64,000 nucleotides of DNA from Octopus vulgaris (taxonomy: Eukaryota). Position 1 is the first letter of the stretch, and each line of letters starts with the position of its first letter. Positions 38,864 through 53,463 of this stretch are shown piece by piece. The notes under the pieces are model-generated. The model saw only the letters and a program-made list of their open reading frames with translations. It searched no databases and was not told where the DNA came from. The position numbers and the translations under genes were made by a program. The stretch is from contig OX597815.1 of assembly GCA_951406725.2 (NCBI GenBank), positions 139,376,001-139,440,000 on the forward strand. Reading direction: 5' to 3'.

Positions 38864-41800
38864 GTATTAATCGAGTTACATTTTCCGCAGTATGTTGTGT
38901 TGAAACACTCTTTTCTACTTCATTTAAATGTATTATACATATACTTCTACATATTTTCTATCTATAAGGAATTAAGCGTGCGAATATATGTGAGTTTATA
39001 TATGTGTGTGTATGTATATATATATATAGAGAGAGAGGGAGAGGAAGAGAGAGAGTAAGTGAGAGTGTGTGTATACATGAGTAACTAAGTACATAGTTTT
39101 CTTCCTATAATTATTTGCCACCTAACTTCACTATTCTTATCTTTTAGTGTTGTAACCATTCCAAAATCTATCAACATTTAACTTTTTATTTAGTTTGATG
39201 AGTTTTTAACTTTGTGGGGGAATAAAATTGATTTGATGGGGTTTTTTTATATATTACTTCATCACATTTTTTTTCTCTTTTTCTTTTAAATTTTCTTACA
39301 GCAGAGTCTAACCATGATATCATTCAAACATATTTGTTCTCACTGTGTTCTCTCTTTAAAAGAAAAGATAAACAACAAAAATTTGTTATTTATGCGAGCA
39401 TTACTTTAAGTGTTTCTCATTAACTAATGTACAGCTATTTTAGCAAGAGAGATACACTGACAACTATTATGGCACCACACCCTTATCTTTGAACTTCATA
39501 TAAGGTTGATATTTTTTTCACCCTTATAGAGATAGAAATAACACATTATTTGACATGATTTCCTACCGGTAACGTGATGAGTAGGAAGAGAACGATAATT
39601 AGAAATGCTAGCCAAGCATGATATACACAGCAACTGCAAAGTTTTCACAACTATTAATGTTTTCCGAATTAACAAACCCTTGCTACACGTGATTACATTA
39701 AAATCACTGGAGTCATAATCACTGTTATTGTTATCTCAAATAAAACGCCATCAATAGTCGTCATGTAATTTCATTATTTCAAAATTATGTCAGCAATTAA
39801 TACTGATAAAAATATAACGACTTCATAAATCTGACGATACAAAAAAAATATTAAAGTAAAAATTCTTAATTAATTAATAGAAGCACGACTTAGCGTAGAC
39901 ATATGACTGTGCTTTAATTTTTTTAAGTAAAGCAAAATTGAAAATTAGTAATTCTGGTTAAATCATACTCTTTCTCTGAGACCCGGAAAAATTGAGTGGT
40001 TTCGGCGTTTTTTTTTTTTTATTCTTCATCAGAGTCAGCTACTTATTTTTCTGATCACAAGGGCAATAATAACATAGCTATTTATAGAATTCACAAATTT
40101 GTATAGAATTAAATTTAGAAAACGTTGCAAATATTTGCATTACACAACATCTATTTCTGTTGTAGATGGAAATGTAAGATGGAGTTACACTTGTACTGCT
40201 ATGCAAATTAAAATATTTAATTTTAATTTTATCCGTGCTTGTATATACTAAACATAGCTAAAGTCTACTGTTCTCCTTGTATGGTCAGAAAAATTAGTAA
40301 GAAATGTCTCGTAAAGCGATAAAAATAGTTTAACTCGTCAGGCCGATCTCCATTTCCTGACCATTGAGTGAATAACATTCAGTTAAATCACTTCATGCCA
40401 AAACTAAAATATCTGCTTCCCTAAAACATTATGCACCTAATTTTACTGCTATATTTATCACAAAAACAAAATAATAAACACTGCCGTATTTCTATTAATT
40501 AACCTTGTTAACGTTTGCACCGTTAGGCAAATTATCAAACCAATTTTGTTTTAATGGGTTTATGTATACTATAAATAGCAATATACTACTATTCTCCTTG
40601 TAGTTGCAATATGAATAACCGATCTTTGATAAAGCAGTTAAAATCGGTGAAGCTATTCACGTGGGCCTCTCTTTTCTGGTTAAAGATAGAAAAAGATATT
40701 CGGTTTAACCCAGTACTTACTTTTCTCAGCGAAGCTAGAAATGCCTGTTGACAAAAAAAAAACGTAAATATACCTTACATCTGTATTTACTCTAACTTAA
40801 TATCCATTTATTAATGCATTGCTATTGCCATTTGATAAGATAAATCCCATTTACGCTTCACATATTAACTAACAATTAAATTCTCTTCACGAGAAACTAA
40901 CAAAATTATCTTTAATTTAGTATTAAAGATAAAATAAATTCAATATGCCGGTGTAAAATCATATTAAGATTTTCATTGCTTTAAAAGCTTTTAATTTTCA
41001 CTTGTTTTCTATACTTACAATGATGTTGATTAAAGACTTCCCATTCTTTGTATTTTCTCTTTCCTTCCGATAAAATTGCTAAATGTGTCGGTTAAGTCAC
41101 AATCCCTCTCGAGACATCCGGCTTCATAATAACTCCAACAAACGCACAGAAATTCTAAGCCAAATCCGAAAGAAAGAGAAAAATAAAAGACGTCAATAAA
41201 ATCGACATAATTTAAAAAGCTATTTTACCAAACGAAAAGCGAAATGACTAGAAAGCAATTTACTCTGCTTTGTTATTGATTATTTTTGTTGACTTTCAAC
41301 TGAATATTTTGAATAAAGGGTTTGAGAAAGAAAATCCCCTGTAAACATTTCTCTAATTCATGTTTGCTCTCAAACATTCAGTTAAAAAGTCATGTTGCGT
41401 CCACGTAATGGGCTCAAATGGGAAAATAACTTAAGCTGACTGCAAAGTACATTAATGTTTTAGTCATTGTCAAACATTAAATAGTATTAAAGTTATTTAG
41501 TTTGACACAGTATGAATAAACGAACCTGATTTAAATAAAGTCATGGCAAAAAAGAAAAAGAGCGGGAGAGCGAGAGAGAGAAAGAGAGAGAAAGACAGAG
41601 TGGGGATGTTTTTGTTTGTACATTAGACAACGTTTAGTAGAGATCACAAAACAGCTTTTGATAGTTTCGGCTATAACCTAGTAATATAAGATCAGTTAGT
41701 ATTATATCTATCTATAAGACTAAGTATAAAAGTAGAACAAATACAGCGAATGTGAGGCACTTGACACTGGAAATAGAAAAACTGATGGGTATCATCAGCT

Positions 41801-41979
41801 TGTCGTCACAACTAAAAGATATCAATTTATAACATGAAACTAAATATCGTCCCTTGAGATTGAAACTGCTTCGTTTGACTGACATTTGAGGCATAACCCA
41901 ACGCTTCATGATAACTGGAGATAGGAAAATTATGATGAGATAATTATAATAGCAGGTGAATAAATACTATTTCTTGTAG

Positions 41980-42099
41980 GTTTGTTGTTGAAGATGCTGT
42001 TATTATGTCTGCCATCCCTGGCTGTCAATATTTCCTTACCATATATCTAGCTGAAAATAGAACTTTGCATTTCACAGACACATATGGCAGTAGCCTGAG
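41980..42099 (+). CDS. Candidate internal coding exon (120 nt, phase 2-2) of an unidentified gene
   Basis: Acceptor TTTCTTGTAG|, open frame FVVEDAVIMSAIPGCQYFLTIYLAENRTLHFTDTYGSSL, weak donor |GTGCTG. It lies in a repeat-free block, but no homolog was recognised. Confidence 0.3.
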
Positions 42100-43359
42100 G
42101 TGCTGTTGAATAACATATCATTTGTAGCTATCACTTTCTTAAACTTAGGATTCTTTTTGGTTGTTGATATACATTAAACACTTATGGCTACCATCTATCA
42201 CCATTTGCTGATATTCTCATACATATGCTAATACCAATTTTGCAATCGCTTGCTTTATGTGACAAAATGAAATGTAGAGAATTTTAACTATCCTAAGAAT
42301 GAAAAACTTCAAACTTCTCACCTCAGTTTCAGCGAAAACTACAGAAGATATTTCACACTAAAAGCTTCAGTATTCAAAGTAATAGAACAATTACTATAGT
42401 AAGGAATATTGTATCTGAGTCTAAAGCGAAATATTTGAATACTTGAGACTTATTGTCAGGAAAATTGTTCATCAAAATCGAATAATTTTAGATTGTAAAT
42501 TCCTTCACTTGAACAAATTTACTAAACATACCAAAAAAGAAAAATGAAGCATATTTATATAAATAATACGTAAATACATTTTTATATAAAGCTAAATTCA
42601 TGGAAATATTTGTATTCTGTCAACATTTAGCTATTTCTCTTCATTTTATATTCGCATCATACTTTCCTGGCTTAAAAGTTCATAACGAAAAGAAATAGTC
42701 GAGAAGTACTTTCATATATAAGAATTTAAACTAGATATACATTCACGGCTTCTTTGAGAAACACAATATTCTTTCTAGGTTGATTATAGAGACTAAGGGA
42801 AGATCATTGAGATCTTTTTTTCTGGCTTCTTTCTCATTCAAACAGCAGTACGGAGGTTCTTTATTTATATTTAGAGCTCAAACAAAAGCGTAATAACAGA
42901 CGTATGTTTAAAAAAATGTATCAGTTTTCACCTCTTAGGTTTTGATGCAACTTCAATGTTGTTTCAACGAAATCAATGAAGGATGCCGAATGTTTACTAA
43001 GATACTTAACAAACAGCTCCACCTTACATGAAATAATTTGTGTGTGTGTGTGTGTGTGAGCGTGCGTGCGCGTGTATGTACAGTATATATACAGGGTAAA
43101 CAAAATAATGAAGGTATCTTGTAAAATGGAAGTTTCATTTTTTACGACTAAGTTGATTCACCTTTGCCATAATTTTTAATGCGTCGAGAAGGTGACTTGT
43201 ACGGATTCTGAACGGTTGTTAATGAGATATTTAGTCATTCTTCGAGTAAAACCTGCTTTAGTTCTTTCAGCGAAGATGGTAGCGGAAAACGGCTCTTGAC
43301 TTGCTGCTTCAAAATGCACCATAAATGCTTGACTATATTGAGATCCGGCGATTAGTGGA

Positions 43360-44375
43360 GGTAGGGGTGGTTGTGGTGGGGATTTCAATTGATCTTTTTC
43401 ACTTTTATGCTCTTCATACCAATTATGAATAGCATTAGCCGTGGGAATAAGTGCATTATCGTCCTACAAGATTGCGCTACTATCAGGGGTCTACGTTTGT
43501 ACCATAGGAAGGACATGGTTTATCAAATTACTCACACCAACTTTGGTGTTAACTCTGACATGTAAAACAACTAAAGCGCCAAGAGAATTCTGTGATATGG
43601 TCGCTGAAATCAATACAAAACCACTTCCATGATTCACAGTAGGTACCAATCAGTCAGGGTTGAACGCTTTATAAGCTCTGTGGAGGCGTGTAGCTTAGTG
43701 GTTAGGGTGTTGGACTCATGATCATGTAGTTGTGGTTTCGATTCCTGGACCGGGCGACATGTTGTGTTCTCGAGCAAAACAGTTCGTATCACGTTGCTCC
43801 AGTCCACTAGAGAAAATGTGTAATCTTGCGACGGACCAGCGGCCCGTTCTGGCAGGGAATTTATACACCATGGAAATCAGGAAACTGGCCCTTGTGAGTC
43901 GGCATGACAAGAAAAGGTAACTAACTTTAGCTTCATAAACTCACCCTGAAGTGGAAGAAAGTGTGAATGAGGAGTGAATGAGGATTCAACAAAGATGACA
44001 TTGTCCTCAATGAACTAGTAACCACCACTTCTTCTGCTTACCAATGTTGACGAGGAAAGGAAAGGTTTAGCAACTGCAACCTCGCATGGGATCCATCATT
44101 ACGGAGCTCACGAAGTGCAGTTTTCGTTGATTATAGAGCTAGCAAGGTGGTAGTTTAGCTCTGCTGACAATTTTGCAGCCATAATTCCATGACTTTTATA
44201 TCCAATATATCTTACTGTTCTGCGGCCCCTCTCTGTGGGGTTTGTCTTCCATCCGGAATTATATTTACTAAATCTGGGTGAACATTGATTTTGGAATATC
44301 AACATGATTTTAGACTCTGCGCTTATTGAAACGTTAAACAATTCATCAGATTTAGTGATTAAAGCTCCAGGTATC
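43360..44375 (-). mobile_element. Tc1-family transposase remnant, split by a SINE
   Basis: N-terminal [41 protein letters not shown]; DDE region AFNPD*LVPTVNHGSGFVLISATIS..NHVLPMVQT..AIL*DDNALIPTANAIHNWYEEH..PPQP. Confidence 0.85.
43680..43925 (+). mobile_element. tRNA-derived SINE family D inserted in the Tc1 remnant
   Basis: GGAGGCGTGTAGCTTAGTGGTTAGGG..GGTTTCGATTCC. Probable 13-bp TSD GCTTTATAAGCTC / GCTTCATAAACTC (2 mismatches). Confidence 0.8.
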
Positions 44376-44377
<2 letters not shown>

Positions 44378-44456
<79 letters not shown>

Positions 44457-44550
44457 ATATATATACATATATATATATATACATATACATATATATATAT
44501 ACATATATATATATACATATACATATATATATATACATATATATATATAC

Positions 44551-44646
<96 letters not shown>

Positions 44647-44693
44647 CATATATATACATATATATATACATATATATATACATATATATATAC

Positions 44694-44756
<63 letters not shown>

Positions 44757-44904
44757 TATACATATATACATATATATATATATATACATATACGTATATA
44801 TATATACGTATATATATATACATATACGTATATATATATATATACATATACGTATATATATACATATATATATGTATGTATATATGTATGCATGTATGTA
44901 TATA
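44378..44904. repeat. Long (TA)n with CA interruptions
   Basis: Seen directly. It is the source of the 284-aa and 205-aa spurious ORFs. Confidence 0.97.
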
Positions 44905-45650
44905 TCACAATGCTGGTGTGAGAAATATTATCGAGGTGCGAATGATGGAATTTTATCTTCATGGTGGTGTGTTAATTTGGAAATAACAAATAAATAGATA
45001 AATAAATAAATCAACGACGTAGATAAGGAAAAGCATAGGGACATGATTAAGCCCTGAGGCACGGAATTGTTAATATAACGTCGATACATGCTGTTTAATA
45101 GATGAGATATGAGTGAAGCGTATAAGCTGAGAATTTTACGAGGAGATTACGATACGAAACATAGTTGTACTGATGTCAAAAATAACAATTTTGCTCTCGG
45201 TGACGTTCTCCAGGGCGGAATAGCATTGATGTGTAACATACAATAGTAGATTTGCGCCAGAAGAAGAGAATAAGACTACGTGATAAAAAAAATGTTGTGG
45301 TTTACAGCATCTATATACCTCAGAGATGGAAGAAATGCATGCAGTTAGCAAGTATATGTTGAGCTTGTGTGGACTGGTGTGTGTGAATTTGTTGTATACT
45401 GGGTGTAACAGGAAATAGTAGGTTTGTTGTGCGTCTGTTGTTTGTATGTCCCTGTGTCATAAATAGCTCTGTGTATATAAATGTGTATTTGGATTTTAGT
45501 GTGTGTATATATTAATGTTAATTCATATATGTAGCCGGTGTCGTGTGTGAGAGTGTATGTTTCTGACTTTTACAGAAGCGTATGATAGATTGTTGATAAT
45601 TGTCTGAAAAAAAGGAGTTGAATGTCAACTTTTGATGTGAAAAATACACA

Positions 45651-45733
<83 letters not shown>

Positions 45734-45734
45734 T

Positions 45735-46159
45735 TCTCTCCCTGATAGTAAACAGCTGTTCTGGGACTGATATCAATATGTTTTGCTATGTCAGAGGCCT
45801 TGCAACGAGGATTGTCCTTCACATTTCTCTTAACGATGCGAAGTGTCCAGTCAGAGGGCCCTGGTCGACCTGGGAAAGGTGATGTGGACCCCTCCTCCTC
45901 TCTGGTGAATTGCACAGTCACTTTATTAACTGTAGAAAGTGAGATCCTAATGTTTTCTGTGATTTTACGTTGACCCACCATAAGGCCTCTTTGAAATTCG
46001 AACAGTTCCAAAGCTTCTTTTGTACGTGGTGCGATTAAACAGTCACATATAGAACCTGAAACATAAAAATGTCAATTAACAAAAAATATAAACCTTTTCA
46101 ATTTAATATAAGCATAAGATGGTGTTCTATGGGGTGTCTGTTTCTGTCATGTCCGTGTA
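45735..46159 (-). mobile_element. Second Tc1-family remnant (one end plus N-terminal HTH)
   Basis: PRTKEALELFEFQRGLMVG..ISLSTVNKV..PGRP..SDWTLRIVKRNVKDNPRCKASDIAK..ISPRTA. Putative TA|CAC terminus at ~46157. Confidence 0.75.
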
Positions 46160-46169
46160 CACACGCACG

Positions 46170-46267
<98 letters not shown>

Positions 46268-47390
46268 CATATAAGAGATGGACTGTGTAATCTAAGGATT
46301 TATACATTTTGTATAATTTCTCCATTATATATATACATGTATGTATGTACGCATATATATGTATGCATAAATGTATCTATGTATAAGGCGGACGACCGAA
46401 GAGTTTCACAAGCGTGGGATAATTTTCCAGTATTTTTCATAGTTGTTTACGTTATGGATTCGAAACCTTTGTCTTTCGTTCTACTGACGTCGAGAAATTA
46501 AAGTACCAGTGAAAGGCGAAGGATTGTTGAAATTGCTGAGATCTGGGCACGTGCCAAACATCATCGGTTCCTGCCTCTTTCCCTTGCTCAACAACAATGG
46601 CTTGGAGGGAGGTGACTTACTGGTCCTCTGCATTAAAAAATTGCACAGTCAAATGTTCTTGAGAGAAACCGGTAAAGCTTTGCATCTTAAAGTTCTTAAA
46701 GTTCCAAACAATTCCGACATGTACTTCATTTATTAATACAAGTATGATGAAAGGCAAAGTCGAGCTCTGCAAGATTTGAACTCAGAACGTAAAAGAGTCA
46801 GCTCAGTTACTGAAAACATTCAGTAAATATCCCTATGAGATTTCAGACTTAGAGATCTCAAACTGTGCTGTGTTACACACACACATACACATACACAAAC
46901 TAATAAGCACACATACTCACACACATAAGACGCTTCCCGGTGTAGGAGATAGCTTATGTAATAATACATATCTAATTTACATTAGCACAGTGTTATGTGT
47001 TTCTTATTTTTTTCCTAAAAAGAAACGAAACGAAACAGCGCAAGTAAAACCACCGAAAGTTAAGTGTAATATATGCACACTCACAACAGCTCTAGCAGAA
47101 TAAATGTAAATGAGTTAACATTAAAAGTTTTCTACTTAGTGAAGTAGGAATTAAATATTAAATTAAATCTTGCATTATATAAAATTTTGTATGTTATTGA
47201 CATATTAATGTTAATGTCACGTTTGCTCTAAGCAACGTATTAAATTGCATCCGGTGGGGGAAGCTCGACTCAGGAGTTCATGAGAGAACTTCAAGACTAA
47301 CTTTGGCTAAGTGTGATAGTAGTTGTCAAGGACCCCAGTTATGTGTCAAATTGCAGAAGATGATCTTATGGCTAAGGCATACTAAAGCAA

Positions 47391-47642
47391 AAGGTAAAGT
47401 TACCTTCTCGAGTCCTGCTGACTCGTAGGGGCCAACTTCCTGGTTTCCATAGCGTATCAGTTCCCCACCTGGACAGCTCACTGGTATCTTCCAGAATAAC
47501 TTATTTTTGCCAGTTGAGTGGACTGGAGCAACGTGAAATGAAGTGTTTCGTTCAAGAACACATGTCGCCCAGTCCAGGAATCGAAACTACACTTTTACGA
47601 TCATGAGTTCAAAATCCTTAACACTAAACCACGAACTTCCAT
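47391..47642 (-). mobile_element. SINE related to family D
   Basis: Minus strand TGGAAGTTCGTGGTTTAGTGTTAAG..CTCATGATCG..GTTTCGATTCCTGGACTGGGCGACATGTGTTCTTGAAC..CACGTTGCTCCAGTCCACT matches 43680-43810. Confidence 0.8.
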
Positions 47643-48457
47643 GCTGAGGCATACTGGTGTCTCACACAGGTCCACCAATGTTTGGACATCAACCGGTTTC
47701 ACGCGAACCGTAAATAAACTGGCAGAAGTTATTGTATCATATCCAAGAAAAAAGTTCGATATTCATCAAACTTTGGCATGATCACCAATGTCTGTAGGTA
47801 TAGCATCGGAAGAGAGAGACTGCCACGCTAGTAATTGATATTTCGAGATAGAGCAAGGCCCTGAGGGTTGAAGTTAGCTACGGTAACAAAGAGTACCCCT
47901 TTACCTCTTGTTATATTTTGGATGCTGAAATTGTTGCTGAAGAGATAACCACTCCGAAATGCACGCATCCAACATTCTGATAAGGGAGCCGGGTGAACTG
48001 ATGCACTGTATCTACACCTATCTGTCTACAGTGAGAAATTTTTTCCTTGAGAAATTACAGTGAATGGCTTTCATACGGGTTTGAATATGCCTCAAACCTA
48101 TATAAACAGGAAACAAGTTTGTATTTATACACCTCACTCTTAGCTTTGTCACTCTGTATCATATATCTAAGATAATGCCTCTGCATACACACAGACATTT
48201 GAAAGTTCTTCTCGAAGTTATCGCTGTGAGAGAACACTGCCTCTTTAAAGTAACATAACCTTTTCTCCGAACACAATTCACCTATCTCTTTTGTTATTCT
48301 GTCTCACACTTTAGTTCTCACACTAAACATCTTAACTAATTAATTTTCTCCACAGTTCTATCCGCTCAACCTTTTACATAAATTCCACCACGTCAATTTC
48401 AACAGCCTACAGTCACAACGTCATCAGCAATTCTCTCTCTTTTCTCTCTCTCTCTCA

Positions 48458-48488
<31 letters not shown>

Positions 48489-49199
48489 TCTCTACCTTAT
48501 ATATGTGTGCATGTGTATGTGATAATTTTTAAGTAGAGTTATAACCAGTCGAACAATAATACAATGCAACCAAGTTTCAATCTTATACACATACATACAC
48601 ACATATACATACATGCCTACATACATGCAAATATACATATATACATAGGATTAAGTCATCTTGCCAGATGATTGTTGTTTCACATTCAGCCTGATTCTTC
48701 TGATTTACTTTTATCCCTGCTCGTGCGCCGATATAACTTTTCTCGCCACGCATCCATCGCCAGAGAGCTTTATAAACTACAAAACGGATCAAGAAATGAA
48801 ATGATTGTGCGATATCTGTACGTCACTGGATTTAAGTGACAAAAGCTTGTACAACACTTTTGCCAGTCTCTGAGTCGCCATTCACTCGGTCGCTGTAATA
48901 TATATAAGGCATTGACAAGTAGAACTGCACTCGGTCAGCTAAGAGAGTAAAGACAACTTTATAATGGAAATCATAAGTCTTGTGGAATATAGCTGCTCAG
49001 GATTTCGTGGCCGAAACATTAATTTATTTTGCTATTTTTCAAGCTGAGAACAAGGCCGTTTGTTAGTTGCTTTCAAAGCAGATGACTTTTGAACAAAGGA
49101 CGCTCATAGGGAAGAAGACAAAGAAGAAACACAAGTTAGATAACCAACGTTACAATAAACAAATGTCAAGAAAATAAACCGAAACAAGATATTAATGTT

Positions 49200-49780
49200 T
49201 AACCATGTATCTGGTGGCCTATTTTTAAGTTCTTGGAAGATGTATTTCTAAAAATGCGGGCTTAAATTAAATATCTCATTCCTGAAATTTACGTAGTTGT
49301 TGGAGGCTCAAAAATTCTTTAAGAGATATAGTTTTTCAAGAGAACATATTGAAAATATTTTTGACCCGTTGGCATAGGGTTTGGTTTGGGAAAGGATTGA
49401 TATCGTACTTGGATTCTTCGTCTTTAAGTTTCCAGATTGAAGCCGAAATAGTAGTTATATGCCTCTTATTTCGTTGGCTAAAAGTCGAAAGATGATCATT
49501 ATGTCTGGATTTAAATTTCTTTTCTACTGCTCCGATATAAAGCTTAATTTCTGTTCGAACGATATCATAGTTCACTGATGCCTGTGCTTCATGAACAACG
49601 GGGGATATATCGCATTTTTATCCTTAAGGACATTTATCCACTTTCCTTTACAATTACTTTTCTTGACCCCCCCCCCCCACTCCTAATGTTAAGACATTTA
49701 TCAATAAGCAACCGACGACTCAAGCCTGCCCTAGATGTATATATAGAAACAAATATACGTGTCCACTTTTAAGTAATACA
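49200..49780 (-). mobile_element. Penelope-like GIY-YIG endonuclease remnant
   Basis: ORF 49336-49575 LYIGAVEKKFKSRHNDHLSTF..TTISASIWKLKDEESKYDI matches the YIG...FK.R...H..F...T.LS..IW.LK pattern. Confidence 0.75.
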
Positions 49781-50144
49781 TCTTGGCAGAATTTAAAAAT
49801 AGGCCACCAGACACATGGTAAACCATTAATATCTTGTTTACGTTTTTTTGACATCTGCTTATTTTAACGTTAATTATTTCCCCTGAGCTTTCTTTCTCGA
49901 TTCTTCCTTATGAGCGTTCCCTGTCCAAGCGTCATCTGCTTTAAAAGCAACTGACAAATGGGCTTGTTTTCAGCTTGGAGATGGCAAAATAAATTAATGT
50001 TTCGGTCACGAAGCCCTGTGTAGTTGTATTTCACAAGACTTGTTTCCATCATAACTTTGTGTGCGCGTGTGTATGGCAGCCAGGATGTTATTCCTTGTTT
50101 TTGGTACAACCAATGGACACTTTCTATTCAATAGACACACAATG

Positions 50145-50491
50145 AATAAGAAGATGGGGTGGAGGAGGAGTAGAAGGAGAAGAAGATGGAGATAGAGGAA
50201 GAATAAGAACAAGAAGAAGAAGGGAGGAGGAGGAGGTGGAAGAAGAGGTGGAGGAAGAGGGGAGGAAGAGGAAGAAGAAAAAGAAGTTGAGGACTAGTTG
50301 ATAGAAGAGGAAGAAGAGTAGGAGATAGAAGAGGAGGAGAAAGAGGAAGAAAAAGAAGAAGAAAAAGAAAAGGAGGAGATAGAGGAGGAGGAGGAGGAGA
50401 AAGAGGAAGAGGAGAAAGAGGAAGAGGAGGAGGAGCTAGAAGAAGAAGAGTAGGATTTAGTGGAGGAGAAGAAAGAGGAGGAAGGAGAAGA
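50145..50491. repeat. Polypurine (GAA/GAG) low-complexity tract
   Basis: Seen directly. Confidence 0.95.
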
Positions 50492-51967
50492 ATTTCTTTT
50501 ATTAGCTACATAGGCATAGATTAGAGGTTTATACATGCATATATATATGTAATGGTATGTTTATAAATATACATATAAATCTGCATAGACACATACAGGT
50601 ACTTACATAATATAGACACAATAGCACAGACTCATATACACGCATAATGCATATGTGCATATGTGCATGTGTGTGCGTATGTGAGCGTGCGTTTACGTAT
50701 GTTTGTATTTTGCACCAGTAAAAGTTATATTTATTAAAAAAGTGTAAAGTTTCTTGAGTGCACAAATTGTTTCTAAGACTATATTTCTGGTGCTTCGGAC
50801 CAACTTCTATTTCGAGTAATGAGAAAAGGTTTTATTCGTTTTAAGTCTTTTAATACGATAACACTCTGCCCACGCTTCACTATTAATTCAAAACAACGCC
50901 GCGCGTTTGTTAAAACACGCACCCCACCCGGCATGTGTGTTTGCTTGCGTACACGTGTGTGTGTGCAAAATAATATGTCAGTGTGCGTGTGTGTACGTGT
51001 GTGTGTGCGTATCTGTTAACATGAATAACCCGGTATTGTATGTTTACATGTGTAACCCGATGCCATGACTCTTTACGTTCCATTATGTAGCTGTGCAATA
51101 AAATCTGAACCAGTTATAAATATGTACCAGGGTTAATACGATCGAAGACAACCCTTGAGAGTTATTGTCTCAGTACCTGCTGCGTTCTGGTGACTGAAAC
51201 CAGTAACTAAATAAATGCTATCAGAAGTCACTAGCTAATTAGATAAGAAAACAATTAGAAAAACTCGGGCAGTTAGAAAGACTGAGCCGGGCTGTTACAG
51301 AGAGTGTAGCCATAGAAATTAAACATTACCAACATAGAGAAACAGAACCGGCAGCTAGTTATATGAGATGCGACTGTTAGATAGCTTAAGGAATCTGTGG
51401 GAGAAAGAAGGAAGTAGCAATGATTAAAAATATAAATGAAAAGAAAAGGTATTAAATATAAAGCAGAGAAGAAGAAAAAAACAAACACGAAAGGAAGAAA
51501 GAATGAAGAGCGAAAGCAAAGCAAAGAAAGAAATAGTAAAAACAGGAAGAATGTAAGTTCTGAAGAATCATGGAAGAATTAGACTAGAATGAAAGAAAGC
51601 GAATTAGACGCGTAGAAGAGAAGAGAAAGATAGACATCTCTCATCCTTTAATAGAGTGAATATAGAAACACATATAAACAACATCAATTGGAATTCGGTA
51701 AACAAATGAGTAAAATAAATGGGAAGATAAGGTGACAAGAATACGTTGCTAGGTTTATCTTATCATTGGCACCACATGCAGGAAGTGAGTTTCTTATCAG
51801 GAAGCTCTTACACACAAGAATGCTTCGTTCCATTATTTACGTCATTTACGTTCAGGCTTTCGCCGTATCTTTCTCAAATGTAGCAACACAAGTCAGTGTT
51901 TCCCCTGCTCGCTCCTCTTTTCAAATAACATTTTAAAAATGAGTCTCTTGTTACCATGGTATTACTG

Positions 51968-52002
51968 GTGGTGTGGTATGCAGCGGCAGCAGCAGCAGCT
52001 GC

Positions 52003-52052
<50 letters not shown>

Positions 52053-52140
52053 CAGTAGTGGTGGTGGTGGTGGTGGTGGTGGTGGTAGCAGCAGCAGCGG
52101 AGGCTGCAGTAATAGAAGCAGCAGCAGCACCAGCGGTGGC

Positions 52141-52201
<61 letters not shown>
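51968..52201. repeat. Compound GTA/GTG/GCA trinucleotide array
   Basis: Seen directly. Confidence 0.95.
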
Positions 52202-52881
52202 CCAAGAACATTTTGCACTCCACATGAATAACAAAAATACAAACTAATTAACAACAATAAAACCGACAACCTTGAAAACAATAATATAAACTCCACACAG
52301 CAGAAACAATAACAAGAAATACCACACAACAACAAAAATAACAATGTATAGATCAATGTGTAAGCCACAACTGGGTCACTTAACTTGCAAGAAGCAGCAG
52401 CTAACTGTCTCTCAAATTACTACCGTCTGAAAAACAGGTAATAGCGAACTGTATAATGTAGTCCTTGATAGACTGTCTGAAATTTTTTTTAAATGGCTGA
52501 TCATGGTTGGAATGTCTCTGAGGAAGTCTGTTGCAATGACTTTGAAGGTAAAGCCACTTTACAGAGAACTCTAATATATAGTGCAGCGACTGATAATGGA
52601 AATAATCTAATTCATCTGATATAGGCGCAGTCTTGGCTATGTGGTTAAGAAACTCGCTCCGCAACCAAGCGGTTTCGAGTTAAGTCCCACTGTGGGGCAC
52701 AGTGATAAAGTATCTTCTACTATAGCCCCGGGTCGACCAGTGTCTAGGGTGTGAATTCGGGAGACGGATACTACGTGTCAGCTCGTCATATTAATATGCG
52801 TGAGTGTTTGACCGCCCTCCATTTGACAAGTGGTGTTCGTTTGTTTGCATCCTCGTGATATATCAGTTCGGAAAAAAGACC

Positions 52882-53463
52882 TGAAACGAACTTCGTGAGT
52901 GAATATCTTGTCTTGTACTTTCGGGGTACAAGAAAGCAATCACTCACTAGCCGTTGCTTTAATAATCCAGATTCTCTGCCCGTCAGAAACAACAAGACGC
53001 AGACGTAAAATATATATATACTACTTTATTCTCTTTCTTGGTAACAATAACAATAAGTGTGTTATCTGATGTCCTTGGTTCGGGGCGCGCAAGGCTGAGA
53101 GTTAATCGATTGTAATATTTACAATATCCAGCCGCTAAACCAGAAAGGGGTCAAGATGGCGTCGAACAGGGAAGTTGAATGTGGTCGGCAACAATTTGGT
53201 TAAAGGCATTCGGCCGACTGCTGCTATCAACCGGAGAGAAAATATATCGTGACCGCCGCCTTCAATCGCTGGGTCCCAAGTCGCCGCTTGCTGCTGCTAG
53301 TGGTCAAACGTTCTACGATCCCCCTGCCTTGGCCAGGGTCGTGCTTCCGGTGGTTCGCGCATGCGCGAGAGGGCCCTTCCTTTCTGTGCCTTGGTAAAGG
53401 CACCAACACGCGCGTAATACAAATGGACGGTGCGCGAGCGCGCACCGCTATAGAGTCACTACA
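52882..53463 (-). repeat. 3' LTR
   Basis: Direct repeat of 55015-55598, preceded on the minus strand by PPT GGAGGGGAGCC (53464-53474). Confidence 0.95.

Noticed and set aside
39995-40035. Minus-strand CTGATGA..GAAAC hammerhead-like spacing
   Set aside because: Stem II cannot pair (poly-A) and there is no stem III or cleavage triplet.
44108-44962. Long ORFs made of YI/HT/CV repeats (also near 7.3k, 11.2k, 19.8k, 21.1k, 59.1k and 60.7k)
   Set aside because: They are translations of stop-free dinucleotide and tetranucleotide microsatellites, not proteins.
51874-52368. Poly-Thr/Ala and poly-Ser ORFs (also 50294-50536)
   Set aside because: Trinucleotide low-complexity arrays open in several frames, with no splice or domain support.
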